The notes below the pieces were generated by a model. The model searched no databases, was not told where the DNA came from, and saw only the letters and a program-made list of their open reading frames with translations. From Betaproteobacteria bacterium (GTDB lineage: Bacteria > Acidobacteriota > Vicinamibacteria > Vicinamibacterales > CAVVIG01): a stretch of 64,000 nt of DNA. Within the stretch, counting starts at the first letter, position 1. The number at the start of each line of letters is the position of its first letter. Where the stretch lies: NCBI GenBank assembly GCA_050257855.1, contig JBLMXQ010000018.1:5486-69485 (forward strand), in the 5' to 3' direction. A program made the translations under genes and the position numbers. Positions 32,342 to 41,983 of the stretch are shown here, piece after piece.

Positions 32342-32569
32342 TCAGGAGCGCGACCGGACACTATCGTCGTCACATCGCCGACCTGCCTGCGCGGGCCGAT
32401 CGGCGTCCGACGCCTGCTCGAGCTCGGCCAGACGCTCGACTGCCTTCGCCTTGAGTGCAGCGGCGTCACGCGCGATGGCCGCCTCGCCGGCGCGTTCCAC
32501 ATGCGGCAGGCGACTGTCCAGCGCGGCTATCAATTCGCGCAGCACCCGGATTTCAGCCGAATCGTTCAC
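32342..32569 (-). CDS. Small helical hypothetical protein
   Basis: VNDSAEIRVLRELIAALDSRLPHVERAGEAAIARDAAALKAKAVERLAELE; start uncertain. Confidence 0.55.
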   Translation of the reverse strand: MNDSAEIRVLRELIAALDSRLPHVERAGEAAIARDAAALKAKAVERLAELEQASDADRPAQAGRRCDDDSVRSRS

Positions 32570-32701
32570 GAGCCCTCGTTGCAGGTGCCTTGGTGAGGGC
32601 TGGAGGCCGGAATGGCCGCAGAGCTCAGGAAAGCAGAACCACGTCAAGTATACCGCGTCCACTGACGCAGCACGCGTTCACGGCATCGCCCGAGATGCCG
32701 T

Positions 32702-32977
32702 TCATCCCAGCCGCAGCTTCTTTTGCAGGTAGGCGGTCACGTTCGCGATCGAATCGAGATTGTCGGGCACGAGCTCGTGATTCTCGATCTTTATGTGAAA
32801 CGTCTGCTCCAGGAACGCGATGAGCTCGAGGACGCCCATCGAGTCCACGATCCCCGACTCGAGCAGCGAGTCGCCGCGGGCGATCGGCGTGGACTCGTCC
32901 CCGAACAGGAAGTTACTGACGATGAAGTTCCGGACCGTCGTCTCGGTGGTGTCCATATCCGTCGTCGTCCGAAGCAT
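32702..32977 (-). CDS. Stand-alone acyl/aminoacyl carrier protein
   Basis: SLLESGIVDSMGVLELIAFLEQTF (DS phosphopantetheine site); PDNLDSI; alternative start 32956. Confidence 0.92.
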   Translation of the reverse strand: MLRTTTDMDTTETTVRNFIVSNFLFGDESTPIARGDSLLESGIVDSMGVLELIAFLEQTFHIKIENHELVPDNLDSIANVTAYLQKKLRLG

Positions 32978-34556
32978 GACCCTCTCCAGCGTGAGCCATC
33001 GACCGCGCGCACGCCTTCAGTGTGACCTTGTCGATCTTGCCGGCTGCGTGCGACGGCAGTTCGCGCAGGAACTCTATCTTCACCGGCACCTTGTGCGGGG
33101 GCAGCTTTGCCGCGCAGTATGCCCGGATTGCCTGCTCGCCGACGCCGGCGGGGCCGTCGCGCATCGTCACGAACGCCACCGGAACCTCGCCCAGCAGTTC
33201 GTGCGGGGCGCCGACGACCGCCGCCTGATGAATCGCCGGGTGCTGGCAGAGCACGTCTTCGATCTCCCGGACGCCGATGCGGTGCGCGCCGACCTTCAGG
33301 ATGTCCTGTCGTCTGCCGACCAGGAACAGGTAGCCTTCCTCGTCCGCGTATCCGAGGTCGCCTGTCCGATAACCGCCCTGCCCGAACGCGCGGCGCGTCT
33401 CGTCGGGGTGGCCCCAATAGCCGGGCGAGATGTTCTCTCCGCGTGCGACCAGCTCGCCGACCTCGCCCGGCCGCGCGGGCCGACCGTCCTCCGTGACCAC
33501 GTCGACGCCGACGCCGTGGATCGGCCGGCCGATCGACCCGATCTTGCGCGGCAGATCGCCAGGCGGCAGACAGGTGATTCGCGCCGAAGCCTCGGTGGCG
33601 CCGTACATGACGTGGAACGGCACCGGCGGGCCCTCCGCCAGCCACGCGCAAATATGCGATGGCGGCATGGCGCCGCCCGCCTGGGTGACGTACCTCAGAT
33701 CGGGAAAGGTCATCGTCTTCAGATCGGACCGATGCAGGAGGATCGCGAACGTGGACGGCACTCCCGCGAATCCGGTGACGTGGCGTTCACGCATCGCCTG
33801 AAGGACGACGTTCGGATACGCGAAGCGATTGTCGAGCACGACGGAGCCGCCGACCATCACGTGCGTGTGCAGCAGCGAGAGGCCGTAAACGTAGTACAGC
33901 GGCAGCACGCACATGACCCGATCCGAAGCGGTGAGACCGAGACACGCGACGATCGACCGCGTGTTCGCGACGATGTTCCGGTGGGTCAGCATCACGCCGC
34001 GGGCGCTCCCGGTGCTGCCCGACGTGTAGACGACGGCCGCGAGCGAGTCGTCGGCGATGTCGATGGTTGGCGGCGGCGTCGCAGGCGCGGCCGCGAGCGC
34101 CGCCTCAACCGTCTCCGACGGCGTGTACCCGCCGCCGGACTCGACCCTGCCGTTCGCCGACGTCGAGACCAGCCAGCGGACGTTCGCGGCGTCGGAGTCC
34201 GGCGCGACAGCTCTCAGCGTCGCACGGTCGGTAATGCCCAGCGACGGTGCGCAGTCGACGATCGCCGCCGCGAGCCGATCGTTCCGGGGACCAGCCGGCA
34301 GGGGAACGGCGACGGCGCCCGCCCGCATCACGCCGAAATACGCGGCAACGAAATCGATCGAGTTCTCGAGCGCGAGCACCACGCGATCGCGCGGTTGGAC
34401 GCCGTGTCGAAGGCACGCGTGCGCGTAGCGGCCGCTCAGCCTCGTGAGCTGGTCGTACGTGGCGAGGCCCTTGGTCGTGAGGAGGGCGGGAGCCTCCGGA
34501 GTGTCCCGCGCCGACCGTTCGAGCAGCTGATGGACCAGCATCGCGTCAGCGCTCAC
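32913..34556 (-). CDS. Class I adenylate-forming (AMP-binding) ligase
   Basis: YTSGSTGSARG P-loop, YGATEAS, YRTGDLG, GRRQDILKVG, GKIDK; GTGA overlap with asnB; C-terminal tail overlaps the ACP gene. Confidence 0.92.
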   Translation of the reverse strand: MSADAMLVHQLLERSARDTPEAPALLTTKGLATYDQLTRLSGRYAHACLRHGVQPRDRVVLALENSIDFVAAYFGVMRAGAVAVPLPAGPRNDRLAAAIVDCAPSLGITDRATLRAVAPDSDAANVRWLVSTSANGRVESGGGYTPSETVEAALAAAPATPPPTIDIADDSLAAVVYTSGSTGSARGVMLTHRNIVANTRSIVACLGLTASDRVMCVLPLYYVYGLSLLHTHVMVGGSVVLDNRFAYPNVVLQAMRERHVTGFAGVPSTFAILLHRSDLKTMTFPDLRYVTQAGGAMPPSHICAWLAEGPPVPFHVMYGATEASARITCLPPGDLPRKIGSIGRPIHGVGVDVVTEDGRPARPGEVGELVARGENISPGYWGHPDETRRAFGQGGYRTGDLGYADEEGYLFLVGRRQDILKVGAHRIGVREIEDVLCQHPAIHQAAVVGAPHELLGEVPVAFVTMRDGPAGVGEQAIRAYCAAKLPPHKVPVKIEFLRELPSHAAGKIDKVTLKACARSMAHAGEGHASDDDGYGHHRDDGPELHRQ

Positions 34557-36568
34557 GATTTGACGTCCGCGAGTTGACTCAACTGGTCCACGCGTCGCGT
34601 GTACGGCAGCGCCGGCGGCGTCGCGGGACGCTGCCGGATGTACTGGTCGTAGAGGAGCTGGGTCGACAGCAGCCCGACCAACCCCATGTTGTCCGCGTTC
34701 GAGAACTGAGTGGACGGCGTGGCCGCCAGGCACTTCTCGATCAGACGGCGACCCGCGGCCGCATCGAACACGCCGGCTTCGCCGAGGCTCCGGAGGTCCG
34801 CGACGTGCTCGATCCATTCGCGCGCTTCCGGCTGGACCAGCGCTAGCGCGTCAGGCGCTCGATAAGGCTGCTTCTTCCGTTCGCGGATGAGAGATGGAAC
34901 GAGTCCGGACGAAGCACGCTTCAACACGTGCTTTTCGTCGAGCACCCGCAGCTTCGCCGCCGCCGGCAGCGAATCGGCGAGCCGCGCCACGTTGCGATCG
35001 AGGAATGGGAACCGCCCCTCGATCGAATGAGCCATCAGCATCCGGTCGCCCTGCGACGCGAGAAGGTATCCGGACAGGAGCGTGCGGATCTCGAGGTACT
35101 GGTCCTGTGCCAGGTATGTCCACCGCGAGAATGCACCCGGGAGATCGCCGAGCAGATCGGCGACGACGTCAGCGCCCGACAGCCTGCTGGACAGGTCCCT
35201 GCTGAAGAGTCTTTTGAGCGAGCCCGTGGAGCGCCACCGCAGGTCGTGGCCGAAGCCGGGTCGTGCCCAGGCGTCCAGGCGCTGGCCGAAGAACTGACGG
35301 CTGATCGCCCCGTTTCCAGCGGGAGAACGACCGAGATACGGGTACAAGCGCTGAAGGAGCGCGGGTCGGCGCACTGACGCTGGCTCGCGCGCCCAGAACC
35401 GGCGGACCTTCGCTTCGCGGAACAGGTCGTAGCCCCCGAACAGCTCGTCCGCGCCTTCCCCGGTCAGGACGACCTTGATTCCGGCCTTCTGCACGTGGCG
35501 CGACAGCAGGAACAGGGGCGCCGGCGCCGTCCGCAGCACGGGCCGCTCCGTGTGTGCGATGACCTCGGGAAATACGCGCGCGATGTCGCTCTTCGACACC
35601 CGCACCTCGCGGTGATCGCTGCCGAGGTACCTGGCCATGGCGCGCTGGTACGGTGTTTCGTCGTAATCGGCGTCATCGAACCCCAGCGAGAACGTGCAGA
35701 ATCGTCTGCCTCTCGCGCGAAGGGCGAGCGCCGCAATCAACGAGCTGTCGAGTCCGCCCGAGAGATAGCTGCCCACGGGCACGTCGGAGCGCAGCATGCG
35801 CAGCCGTGTCGCCTCGGCGAGGGCGGCCCTTACCGCGACGACGGCATCGTCCATGGATCCTGCGAATGCGCCGTCCGTTCCCTCCGGAAAGTCCGGCCGG
35901 CAGCACGAGGTCTCGGCGACGCGGCCGTTCGAGTAGGTGCGCACGCACCCGGGCTCGACCTCCTCGATTCCTTCGAACACCGTCCGCGGCGCGATGGTTG
36001 TCCAGAAGGTGAACGTCTGGTCGAGGCCGACGGGATCGAACCGGCGGGGAAGCTCGGGGTCGCCGACGAGAATCGCCCTGATCTCGCTGGCGAAGTAGAG
36101 CCGGCCGCCTCGCCGCGCGACGTACAGCGGCCGCACGCCGAATGGATCTCTCGCCAGGACGAGGGTGCGGCGCGACGCGTCCCAGAGCGCCGCCGACCAC
36201 TGGCCGTTGAACCTGGAGAACGCGGCCTCGCGCCACTGCTCGTACGCGTGCACGATGACTTCGGTGTCGCTGTGCGATCTGAAGCGGTGGCCCGCCTCTT
36301 CGAGCTCGCGGCGCAGCTCCACGTAGTTGAAGATTTCGCCGTTGAACACAATCCACAACGTGCCGTCTTCGTTTGACAGCGGCTGCTGGCCCCTCTCGAG
36401 ATCGATGATGGCCAGGCGCGCGTGGCTCAGGCCGGCGGCCGCGTCGCGATACACGCCGGACCCGTCGGGACCGCGATGCCGTAGCGACGCAGCCATCCGA
36501 TCGAGAGCCTCGATGTCGGGCGGCGGCCCAGACGATCCGAGGTTGACGATCCCTGCGATACCGCACAT
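34553..36568 (-). CDS. asnB: Asparagine synthase (glutamine-hydrolysing)-like amidotransferase
   Basis: MCGIAG (Ntn Cys), HRGPD, FNGEIFNY, SGGLDSS, TGEGADELFGGY, EGRFPFLD. Confidence 0.95.
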   Translation of the reverse strand: MCGIAGIVNLGSSGPPPDIEALDRMAASLRHRGPDGSGVYRDAAAGLSHARLAIIDLERGQQPLSNEDGTLWIVFNGEIFNYVELRRELEEAGHRFRSHSDTEVIVHAYEQWREAAFSRFNGQWSAALWDASRRTLVLARDPFGVRPLYVARRGGRLYFASEIRAILVGDPELPRRFDPVGLDQTFTFWTTIAPRTVFEGIEEVEPGCVRTYSNGRVAETSCCRPDFPEGTDGAFAGSMDDAVVAVRAALAEATRLRMLRSDVPVGSYLSGGLDSSLIAALALRARGRRFCTFSLGFDDADYDETPYQRAMARYLGSDHREVRVSKSDIARVFPEVIAHTERPVLRTAPAPLFLLSRHVQKAGIKVVLTGEGADELFGGYDLFREAKVRRFWAREPASVRRPALLQRLYPYLGRSPAGNGAISRQFFGQRLDAWARPGFGHDLRWRSTGSLKRLFSRDLSSRLSGADVVADLLGDLPGAFSRWTYLAQDQYLEIRTLLSGYLLASQGDRMLMAHSIEGRFPFLDRNVARLADSLPAAAKLRVLDEKHVLKRASSGLVPSLIRERKKQPYRAPDALALVQPEAREWIEHVADLRSLGEAGVFDAAAGRRLIEKCLAATPSTQFSNADNMGLVGLLSTQLLYDQYIRQRPATPPALPYTRRVDQLSQLADVKS

Positions 36569-37566
36569 CAGCCGTCGACCTCTGCGACCGGTTCGACGAG
36601 CAGCGGACGGACATGAAGGTAACGCGTGGCCCGGCGCTTCTGATCGATATCGCGATACACGCGTTCGACCTGCACTTCCGTGAGCCCGGCGGCACCAGCG
36701 ACATCAGCCGCCGGGACGCGATGGTTGCGGCCGTACAGACACAGGTCCATCTGTTCATAGGGCAGGGCGAAGAAGAACTCCTCCTGTGTCTGCGGCAGAG
36801 AGAACGTGTCGGTGGTCGGCCGCCGTTCCCGGATTTCGTCCGGCACTCCGAGGTACCCGGCAAGTGCATATACCTGGGTCTTGAACAGGTGCGCGATCGG
36901 CTTCAGATCGGCAGCGCCGTCTCCCTGCTTGACGAAGAATCCCTGGTCGTACTCCAGGCGGTTGGGCGTTCCGGCGACCGCGTAGTTCAGACGGTCGGAG
37001 TGGTAGTACTCCAGGAGCTTCCGGACGCGCTGCTTGAAATTCGTGGCGGCGACCAGTTGGAGATAGGCGGCTGCTGGCAGTCGACAGGTGCTCAGCTCGC
37101 CTGAGGGCGCCTCGATCGTGAGCTCGGACACGTTGAGGCGATCGCGATCGAGGATCGACGGCAGGGTGATCTTGCACCGGTACCCGTCGCCGTAGTCCGG
37201 AAACACCTCACGGATGGCTTCGGCCTGACGCGTGTAGCAGCCGGCGGCGGCCAGGAGCGGCTCGACGTCTTCCACGATCGTCGGCAGGCCGAACTGCGAC
37301 GTGAGAAGCCGTCCAAGGCGAAGGGCGTCGGCTGAGGAGTCGCGCTCCGGCATGAGCAGGACGAGGACGCGTTCGCCGCCGAGCGCGCGTGCGCACAGGC
37401 AGGTCACGACTGAGCTGTCGATGCCGCCAGAGAGGCCGATCACGACGCCGCGCCGGTGGAGCACCGTCAGCACCTGGTGGCGAATGGCCTCCTGGATCTG
37501 CGCGGCGGTGCGCGCGGCATCGATGGCGAGGACATCACGCGAAAACGCCGTCATCGGTGTCTCCAC
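36568..37566 (-). CDS. nadE: NH3-dependent NAD+ synthetase-like paralog
   Basis: VIGLSGGIDSSV PP-loop, GTPNRLEY, GFFVKQGDG, PIAHLFKTQV; no glutaminase domain; TGATG overlap with asnB. Confidence 0.85.
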   Translation of the reverse strand: METPMTAFSRDVLAIDAARTAAQIQEAIRHQVLTVLHRRGVVIGLSGGIDSSVVTCLCARALGGERVLVLLMPERDSSADALRLGRLLTSQFGLPTIVEDVEPLLAAAGCYTRQAEAIREVFPDYGDGYRCKITLPSILDRDRLNVSELTIEAPSGELSTCRLPAAAYLQLVAATNFKQRVRKLLEYYHSDRLNYAVAGTPNRLEYDQGFFVKQGDGAADLKPIAHLFKTQVYALAGYLGVPDEIRERRPTTDTFSLPQTQEEFFFALPYEQMDLCLYGRNHRVPAADVAGAAGLTEVQVERVYRDIDQKRRATRYLHVRPLLVEPVAEVDG

Positions 37567-37573
37567 GGGTGCC

Positions 37574-38095
37574 TCACATCGAGGCGTTGCGGGATTCGGC
37601 GCCGGCGCCCGACCGCGTCAGCCTGAGGCCTCGCACGAACTCCTCGTACGGATGCTCGGCGGTGAGCGGCACGGATGCGACACCCAGCGCCCCGGCCGCG
37701 GGAGCGCCCCAGACCGTGTGCGCCGGCACGTTGCGGCTCACGACCGTGCCCGCCCGGATGACGGCGCCTTCGCCGATTCGCACGTTCGGCAGGATGATGC
37801 AGTGCGGTCCGACGAACACGTCGTTCTCGATGACGACGTCGCCCTTGCTCGTCGGCCTCCGGGGTCCCCAGTAGAAATGCGTGATGATCGAGCTGCGCAA
37901 TCCGATCGTGCAGTTGTCCCCGATCCTGACGTGTTCCGGGTGCAGCTCGTCGATGTAGACCAGCTGGGCAATCCACACGTTCCGGCCGATCTGAACGCCC
38001 CGACGCCGGTGCAGCCACGGCCGGACGGTCGCGCCGCCCGGCATCACGAACGCGAGCTTGTGGAGGAGTCTTCTGACCGCGTCGGCAGCGTTCAT
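37574..38095 (-). CDS. Left-handed beta-helix (hexapeptide) acyltransferase
   Basis: GVQIGRNVWI, VRIGDNCTIG, VVIENDVFVGPHCIILPNVRIGEGAVI, WGAPA. Confidence 0.9.
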   Translation of the reverse strand: MNAADAVRRLLHKLAFVMPGGATVRPWLHRRRGVQIGRNVWIAQLVYIDELHPEHVRIGDNCTIGLRSSIITHFYWGPRRPTSKGDVVIENDVFVGPHCIILPNVRIGEGAVIRAGTVVSRNVPAHTVWGAPAAGALGVASVPLTAEHPYEEFVRGLRLTRSGAGAESRNASM

Positions 38096-38109
38096 CGTGA
38101 ACTCGTCAG

Positions 38110-38125
38110 AGCAACTCACGAGCCA
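38110..38125 (-). promoter_or_regulatory. Sigma54 -24/-12 promoter
   Basis: TGGCTCG-TGAG-TTGCT vs consensus TGGCACG-N4-TTGCW (1 mismatch). Confidence 0.72.
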
Positions 38126-38252
38126 GATTGAATGATGGAGTTCGCCGCGCCTCGTCAGCGGAGTCGAGATCTTAAGCCGCCGTCGAGCAAGACATTCATC
38201 TGCCAGTCGTGCGGATATATCGATGTTTCGCGCGTCGTCGTGCCGTGGTCAT

Positions 38253-38290
38253 TGCCGAATAATCGGCACAACCCTGACGGCATTCCGGCA
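38253..38290. promoter_or_regulatory. Tandem enhancer-like palindromes
   Basis: TGCCGA-N4-TCGGCA (38253-38268) and TGACGG-N4-CCGGCA (38275-38290), 22 bp apart. Confidence 0.55.
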
Positions 38291-38320
38291 ATGAAAGCCA
38301 TGCAGTGTTGCGACCTGCTG

Positions 38321-39268
38321 TCAGCCTTTCGGTGCGACGTAGCTCCTGCGGCCGCGCGCCTTCAGACCCTTGCCCGCAACGCGCACGTCGATGCGGTGCA
38401 CCTTGCCGTCGCGCTTCGGCGGGGTGAAGCCGAGCAGGTACTGGCTGTGCAGTTCATCGGCCACGCTCGTGAACGCCGCGCCCAGATCGTCGCCGTACCG
38501 GATCTCCGCATAGCCTCCGCCGGTCTCCTCGGCGACGCGCGCGAGCCCGGGATCGGGAAGATCGGCGAGCAGCGCGGCCTGGAGACTGCCGGGCCCGATG
38601 GCCCCGCCCGGCGGCCGCTGCGGACGGCTGTGCATGCCGACGGCGTAGACCATCACGTCCTCGTTCCGCGCGCGGTCGATCACCTCTGCCTGGCTCGAGG
38701 CGCGATGGCGGAAGTCGATTGGTCCGCTGTCCTTGCCGTCGCTCAGCACCAGAATCACGCGGCGCTGGTCGTCCCGATCGCCGAACGTGTCCATCGCCTC
38801 CTCCAGCGCCCGCCAGAGCGGAGTGGGGGCGTCGGGCGCGATCGTATCGGGCAGCGCCGCCAGAAGCCCACCGGGATCGTGCGTGAACGAGGGACTGATC
38901 GTGACCTGTTCGCCGAACGATCCCACACGCACCTCGTCGTCAGGACGAAGCCGCGCGAAGAGCTGCTCGGACGCCGCGCGCAGCAGCGGAAGATTGCCGG
39001 CCATGCTGCCCGACACGTCCAGCATGACGACGAGCTTGATGGGCTGCGGGGAGTTGTCGAACTGGGCGAGCCGCTGCGGCTTCCTGTCGTCGCGCACCTC
39101 GAAGTCGCCGCGCGTCAGCGAGGTGACGAGCCGCCCGTCGCGATCGGTGACGGTGACGAAGACCCGCACCGCGTCCCCGCGGCCGCGAAAGACCGGCTGC
39201 TGCGCGAATATGCCGTGCAGGCTGATGACGGAGGCGGCCAGGACGCCGCATGCGACGAGTCGGGTCAT
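38321..39268 (-). CDS. Acidobacterial VWA-domain secreted protein
   Basis: VFVTVTDRDGRLVTSLTRGDFEV, MIDAS-like LDVSGS, LSDGKD, EETGG, LHSQYLLGF. Confidence 0.9.
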   Translation of the reverse strand: MTRLVACGVLAASVISLHGIFAQQPVFRGRGDAVRVFVTVTDRDGRLVTSLTRGDFEVRDDRKPQRLAQFDNSPQPIKLVVMLDVSGSMAGNLPLLRAASEQLFARLRPDDEVRVGSFGEQVTISPSFTHDPGGLLAALPDTIAPDAPTPLWRALEEAMDTFGDRDDQRRVILVLSDGKDSGPIDFRHRASSQAEVIDRARNEDVMVYAVGMHSRPQRPPGGAIGPGSLQAALLADLPDPGLARVAEETGGGYAEIRYGDDLGAAFTSVADELHSQYLLGFTPPKRDGKVHRIDVRVAGKGLKARGRRSYVAPKG

Positions 39269-39393
39269 GCTCGCGATCTCTTTCGGAAGCAGCAGGCGGC
39301 GATCCCAGTAATATCACGGACGCCCCCGCCATTGCGGGTATGCTTGGCCCGTCGGACGACCGTGCCCCGAGCAGTCGCCGCTGAGGACTCGCC

Positions 39394-41217
39394 ATGAACA
39401 CACGTCGGCAATTCCTGCTCACCGCTCCCCTGGGAATGCTCGGGGCGGCAGCCGCCTGCCGGCGCGGACAGCCGCCGGCGCAGCAGTCGGCCGCCGGCAG
39501 TGCTGCGCCGCCGACACCGGGCGCGCCGCCCGCCTTCGCGACGGCGCCCGCGTCAGGCCCCGAGGTCTCGCCGGCCACGTTCGCCGAAGCAGAAAAACTC
39601 GTGCAGGTGACGTTGAGCGCCGGCGAGCGCGACGAGGCGGCCGGGAGCTGGCGGCGGGCGATGGCGCCACTGCTCGAGCGGCGCACCGGACCGCGGAAGG
39701 TCGCCCTCGCCCCCGACGTCGCCCCCGCCACCCGCTGGAACCCGGTCGGCATTCTCCCCGGGGGCACGGCCGGGCCGACACGCGACGCGTTCGTACGCAC
39801 CGGGGACGATGCGGTGCCGCTGCCTTCGAGCGACGCCGACATCGCCTTTTCTCCCGTGACGCGGCTGTCGCGCTGGATCGAGAAGAGACAGCTCACCTCC
39901 GAGCGGCTCACGAACATCTACCTCCAGCGGATCGAGCAGTTCGATCGGCAGCTTCGGTGCATCATCACGCTCACGAAGGAATCTGCGGTCGCGCAGGCGA
40001 GGAAAGCCGACGCGGAGATCGCGGCGGGACGCTACCGCGGGCCGCTGCACGGGATTCCATTCGGTGTGAAGGACCTGCTCGACACCGCGGGCATCCCGAC
40101 CACGTATGGCGCCGAGCCGTTCAGGAATCGCGTGCCGGCCGCCGATTCCGCCGTCGTGCACCGTTTGTACGAGGCCGGGGCCGTGCTCGTCGCCAAACTG
40201 AGTCTGGGGGCGCTGGCGCTCAACGACATCTGGTTCGGCGGGCAGACGATGAATCCGTGGCTGCTCGAGGAAGGTGCGTCGGGATCGAGCGCGGGGCCGG
40301 GCGCCGCGACCGCGGCCGGGCTGGTCGCCTTCTCGGTCGGCAGCGAAACCGGCGGCAGCATCGTCGCGCCCTCGATGCGATGCGGCGTCACAGGCCTCCG
40401 GCCGACCTTCGGGCGCGTCGCGCGCACCGGCGCGATGACGCTCTGCTGGTCGCTCGACAAGCTCGGGCCGATGACGCGGAGCGTCGAGGACGCGATGCTG
40501 GTCCTGCAGGCGATCGCCGGGCCCGACCCGGGCGACGTGTCGAGCGTGCCGAGCCATCTCGAGTTCGACGCGACGGCGCCGGTGACCGGCCTCCGCGTCG
40601 GGTACTTCCCGGCGTGGATGAACACGCCCCCGGCGACCGACGTCGACCGAGCGGCCCTCGCGACCGTCACGAAACTGGGAATGGCGGCCACGGAGGTGAG
40701 CCTGCCCGACTGGCCGTACGATTCGCTGCAGCACGTGCTCTTCAGCGAAGCGGCGGCCTCGTTCGAGGATCTCACGCTGTCGGGCGGCCTCGGGGAACTG
40801 AGAGCGCAGGTCCCCGATGCGTGGCCGAACCTGTTCCGGCAGGCGCGCTTTCTGTCAGCGGTGGACTTCGTGCAGGCCGATCGTCTGCGGCGCCGCGTGG
40901 CGAACGAGATGGCGCGCGTGTTCTCCGAGGTGGACCTGCTCCTCGTGCCGTCGCTCCGCGACGAGATGCTCACGCTGTCGAATTTCACGGGCCATCCGTC
41001 GCTCACGCTGCGCGCAGGCTTCGTCCACGTTTCGGAGGCGCGGAGCGACTGGGCGCCCGACCCGAAACATCCGCTCCCGAAGTTCTCGCCGCCCCGGCGC
41101 GTGCCCCACGGCGTGACGCTGCTCGGCCGACTCTTCGAGGAGGGGACCGTCGCGCGCGCCGGACTCGCGCTCGAACGGGCGTTCGGCGTGGCCGGAGAAC
41201 GCCCGCCGGGGTTCTAG
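39394..41217 (+). CDS. Tat-exported amidase-signature family enzyme
   Basis: TRRQFL Tat motif; GVKDL, GSSAG, GSETGGSI (Lys-cisSer-Ser triad). Confidence 0.92.
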   Translation: MNTRRQFLLTAPLGMLGAAAACRRGQPPAQQSAAGSAAPPTPGAPPAFATAPASGPEVSPATFAEAEKLVQVTLSAGERDEAAGSWRRAMAPLLERRTGPRKVALAPDVAPATRWNPVGILPGGTAGPTRDAFVRTGDDAVPLPSSDADIAFSPVTRLSRWIEKRQLTSERLTNIYLQRIEQFDRQLRCIITLTKESAVAQARKADAEIAAGRYRGPLHGIPFGVKDLLDTAGIPTTYGAEPFRNRVPAADSAVVHRLYEAGAVLVAKLSLGALALNDIWFGGQTMNPWLLEEGASGSSAGPGAATAAGLVAFSVGSETGGSIVAPSMRCGVTGLRPTFGRVARTGAMTLCWSLDKLGPMTRSVEDAMLVLQAIAGPDPGDVSSVPSHLEFDATAPVTGLRVGYFPAWMNTPPATDVDRAALATVTKLGMAATEVSLPDWPYDSLQHVLFSEAAASFEDLTLSGGLGELRAQVPDAWPNLFRQARFLSAVDFVQADRLRRRVANEMARVFSEVDLLLVPSLRDEMLTLSNFTGHPSLTLRAGFVHVSEARSDWAPDPKHPLPKFSPPRRVPHGVTLLGRLFEEGTVARAGLALERAFGVAGERPPGF

Positions 41218-41292
41218 CCGCCCGCGACGCCCGCCGCCGACGAACATCGTGTCAGCAGCGAGGGACGGGCCCGTGACGCGCGCCCGGAGATT

Positions 41293-41781
41293 CTAGGAGC
41301 CGGTCGCCGCGAACCAGGAGCCCGTCGGGCTCGTGACGAACACGATCGGCGCAATGCACGGGGACGGCAGGCTCACGACGTCGTCGATGATGGCGTCCCC
41401 GTCCGGGCTTGCGGGAAAGGTGTTCGTGGAGCGGTTCACGGTGGCCACGACGAGGTTGCCCGTCTGGTCGGTCGTCGGGGTGAGGCAACTGACGATCGCC
41501 TTGAACTGCGGGATCGGGTTCGTGCCCGCACCGGTGCCTTCTGCGAGGACCAGCCCCTGCACGCGCACCTGCACGCGGCCGTCGAAGCCCAGCTGGCCCA
41601 TGCCCTTCGTCAGCATCCAGGGAATGCCGCCGCCGTTGACGCCCCGCACCGGGTTCGTCGTTCCGTTGAAGGGCCGCACCACGGGCGTCATGGTATGGAA
41701 CTCGAGAATCTTGTCACCGGTCAAACCGGTTCCAGGCAGGGCGAGCAGCAGTGAGAGCGCGAATCCGATCGTCTTGTGCAT
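41293..41781 (-). CDS. Secreted hypothetical protein with two Cys
   Basis: RBS GGAGG; signal peptide MHKTIGFALSLLLALPG; beta-rich, high GC3 codons. Confidence 0.75.
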   Translation of the reverse strand: MHKTIGFALSLLLALPGTGLTGDKILEFHTMTPVVRPFNGTTNPVRGVNGGGIPWMLTKGMGQLGFDGRVQVRVQGLVLAEGTGAGTNPIPQFKAIVSCLTPTTDQTGNLVVATVNRSTNTFPASPDGDAIIDDVVSLPSPCIAPIVFVTSPTGSWFAATGS

Positions 41782-41816
41782 GGTTCCTCCATTGTTGAAC
41801 ACGAGCACACGCGAAG

Positions 41817-41832
41817 TGCATGGAACGCGCCA
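41817..41832 (-). promoter_or_regulatory. Candidate sigma54 promoter
   Basis: TGGCGCG-TTCC-ATGCA with correct GG-N10-GC spacing, just upstream of the RBS. Confidence 0.45.
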
Positions 41833-41983
41833 TGGCCGCGACGCGCCTGTGTGGAGGAATTTCAGTTCAAGAAGCTCGATGTGGCGACCGTGGCCGCGGG
41901 GTCGCTTTTCCGATCGCGAAAGCGTCCTGCACCGGATGTAACTGGACCGGCTCGGAGGCGCGGCGCCGCGTCGCCGGGCCGGT

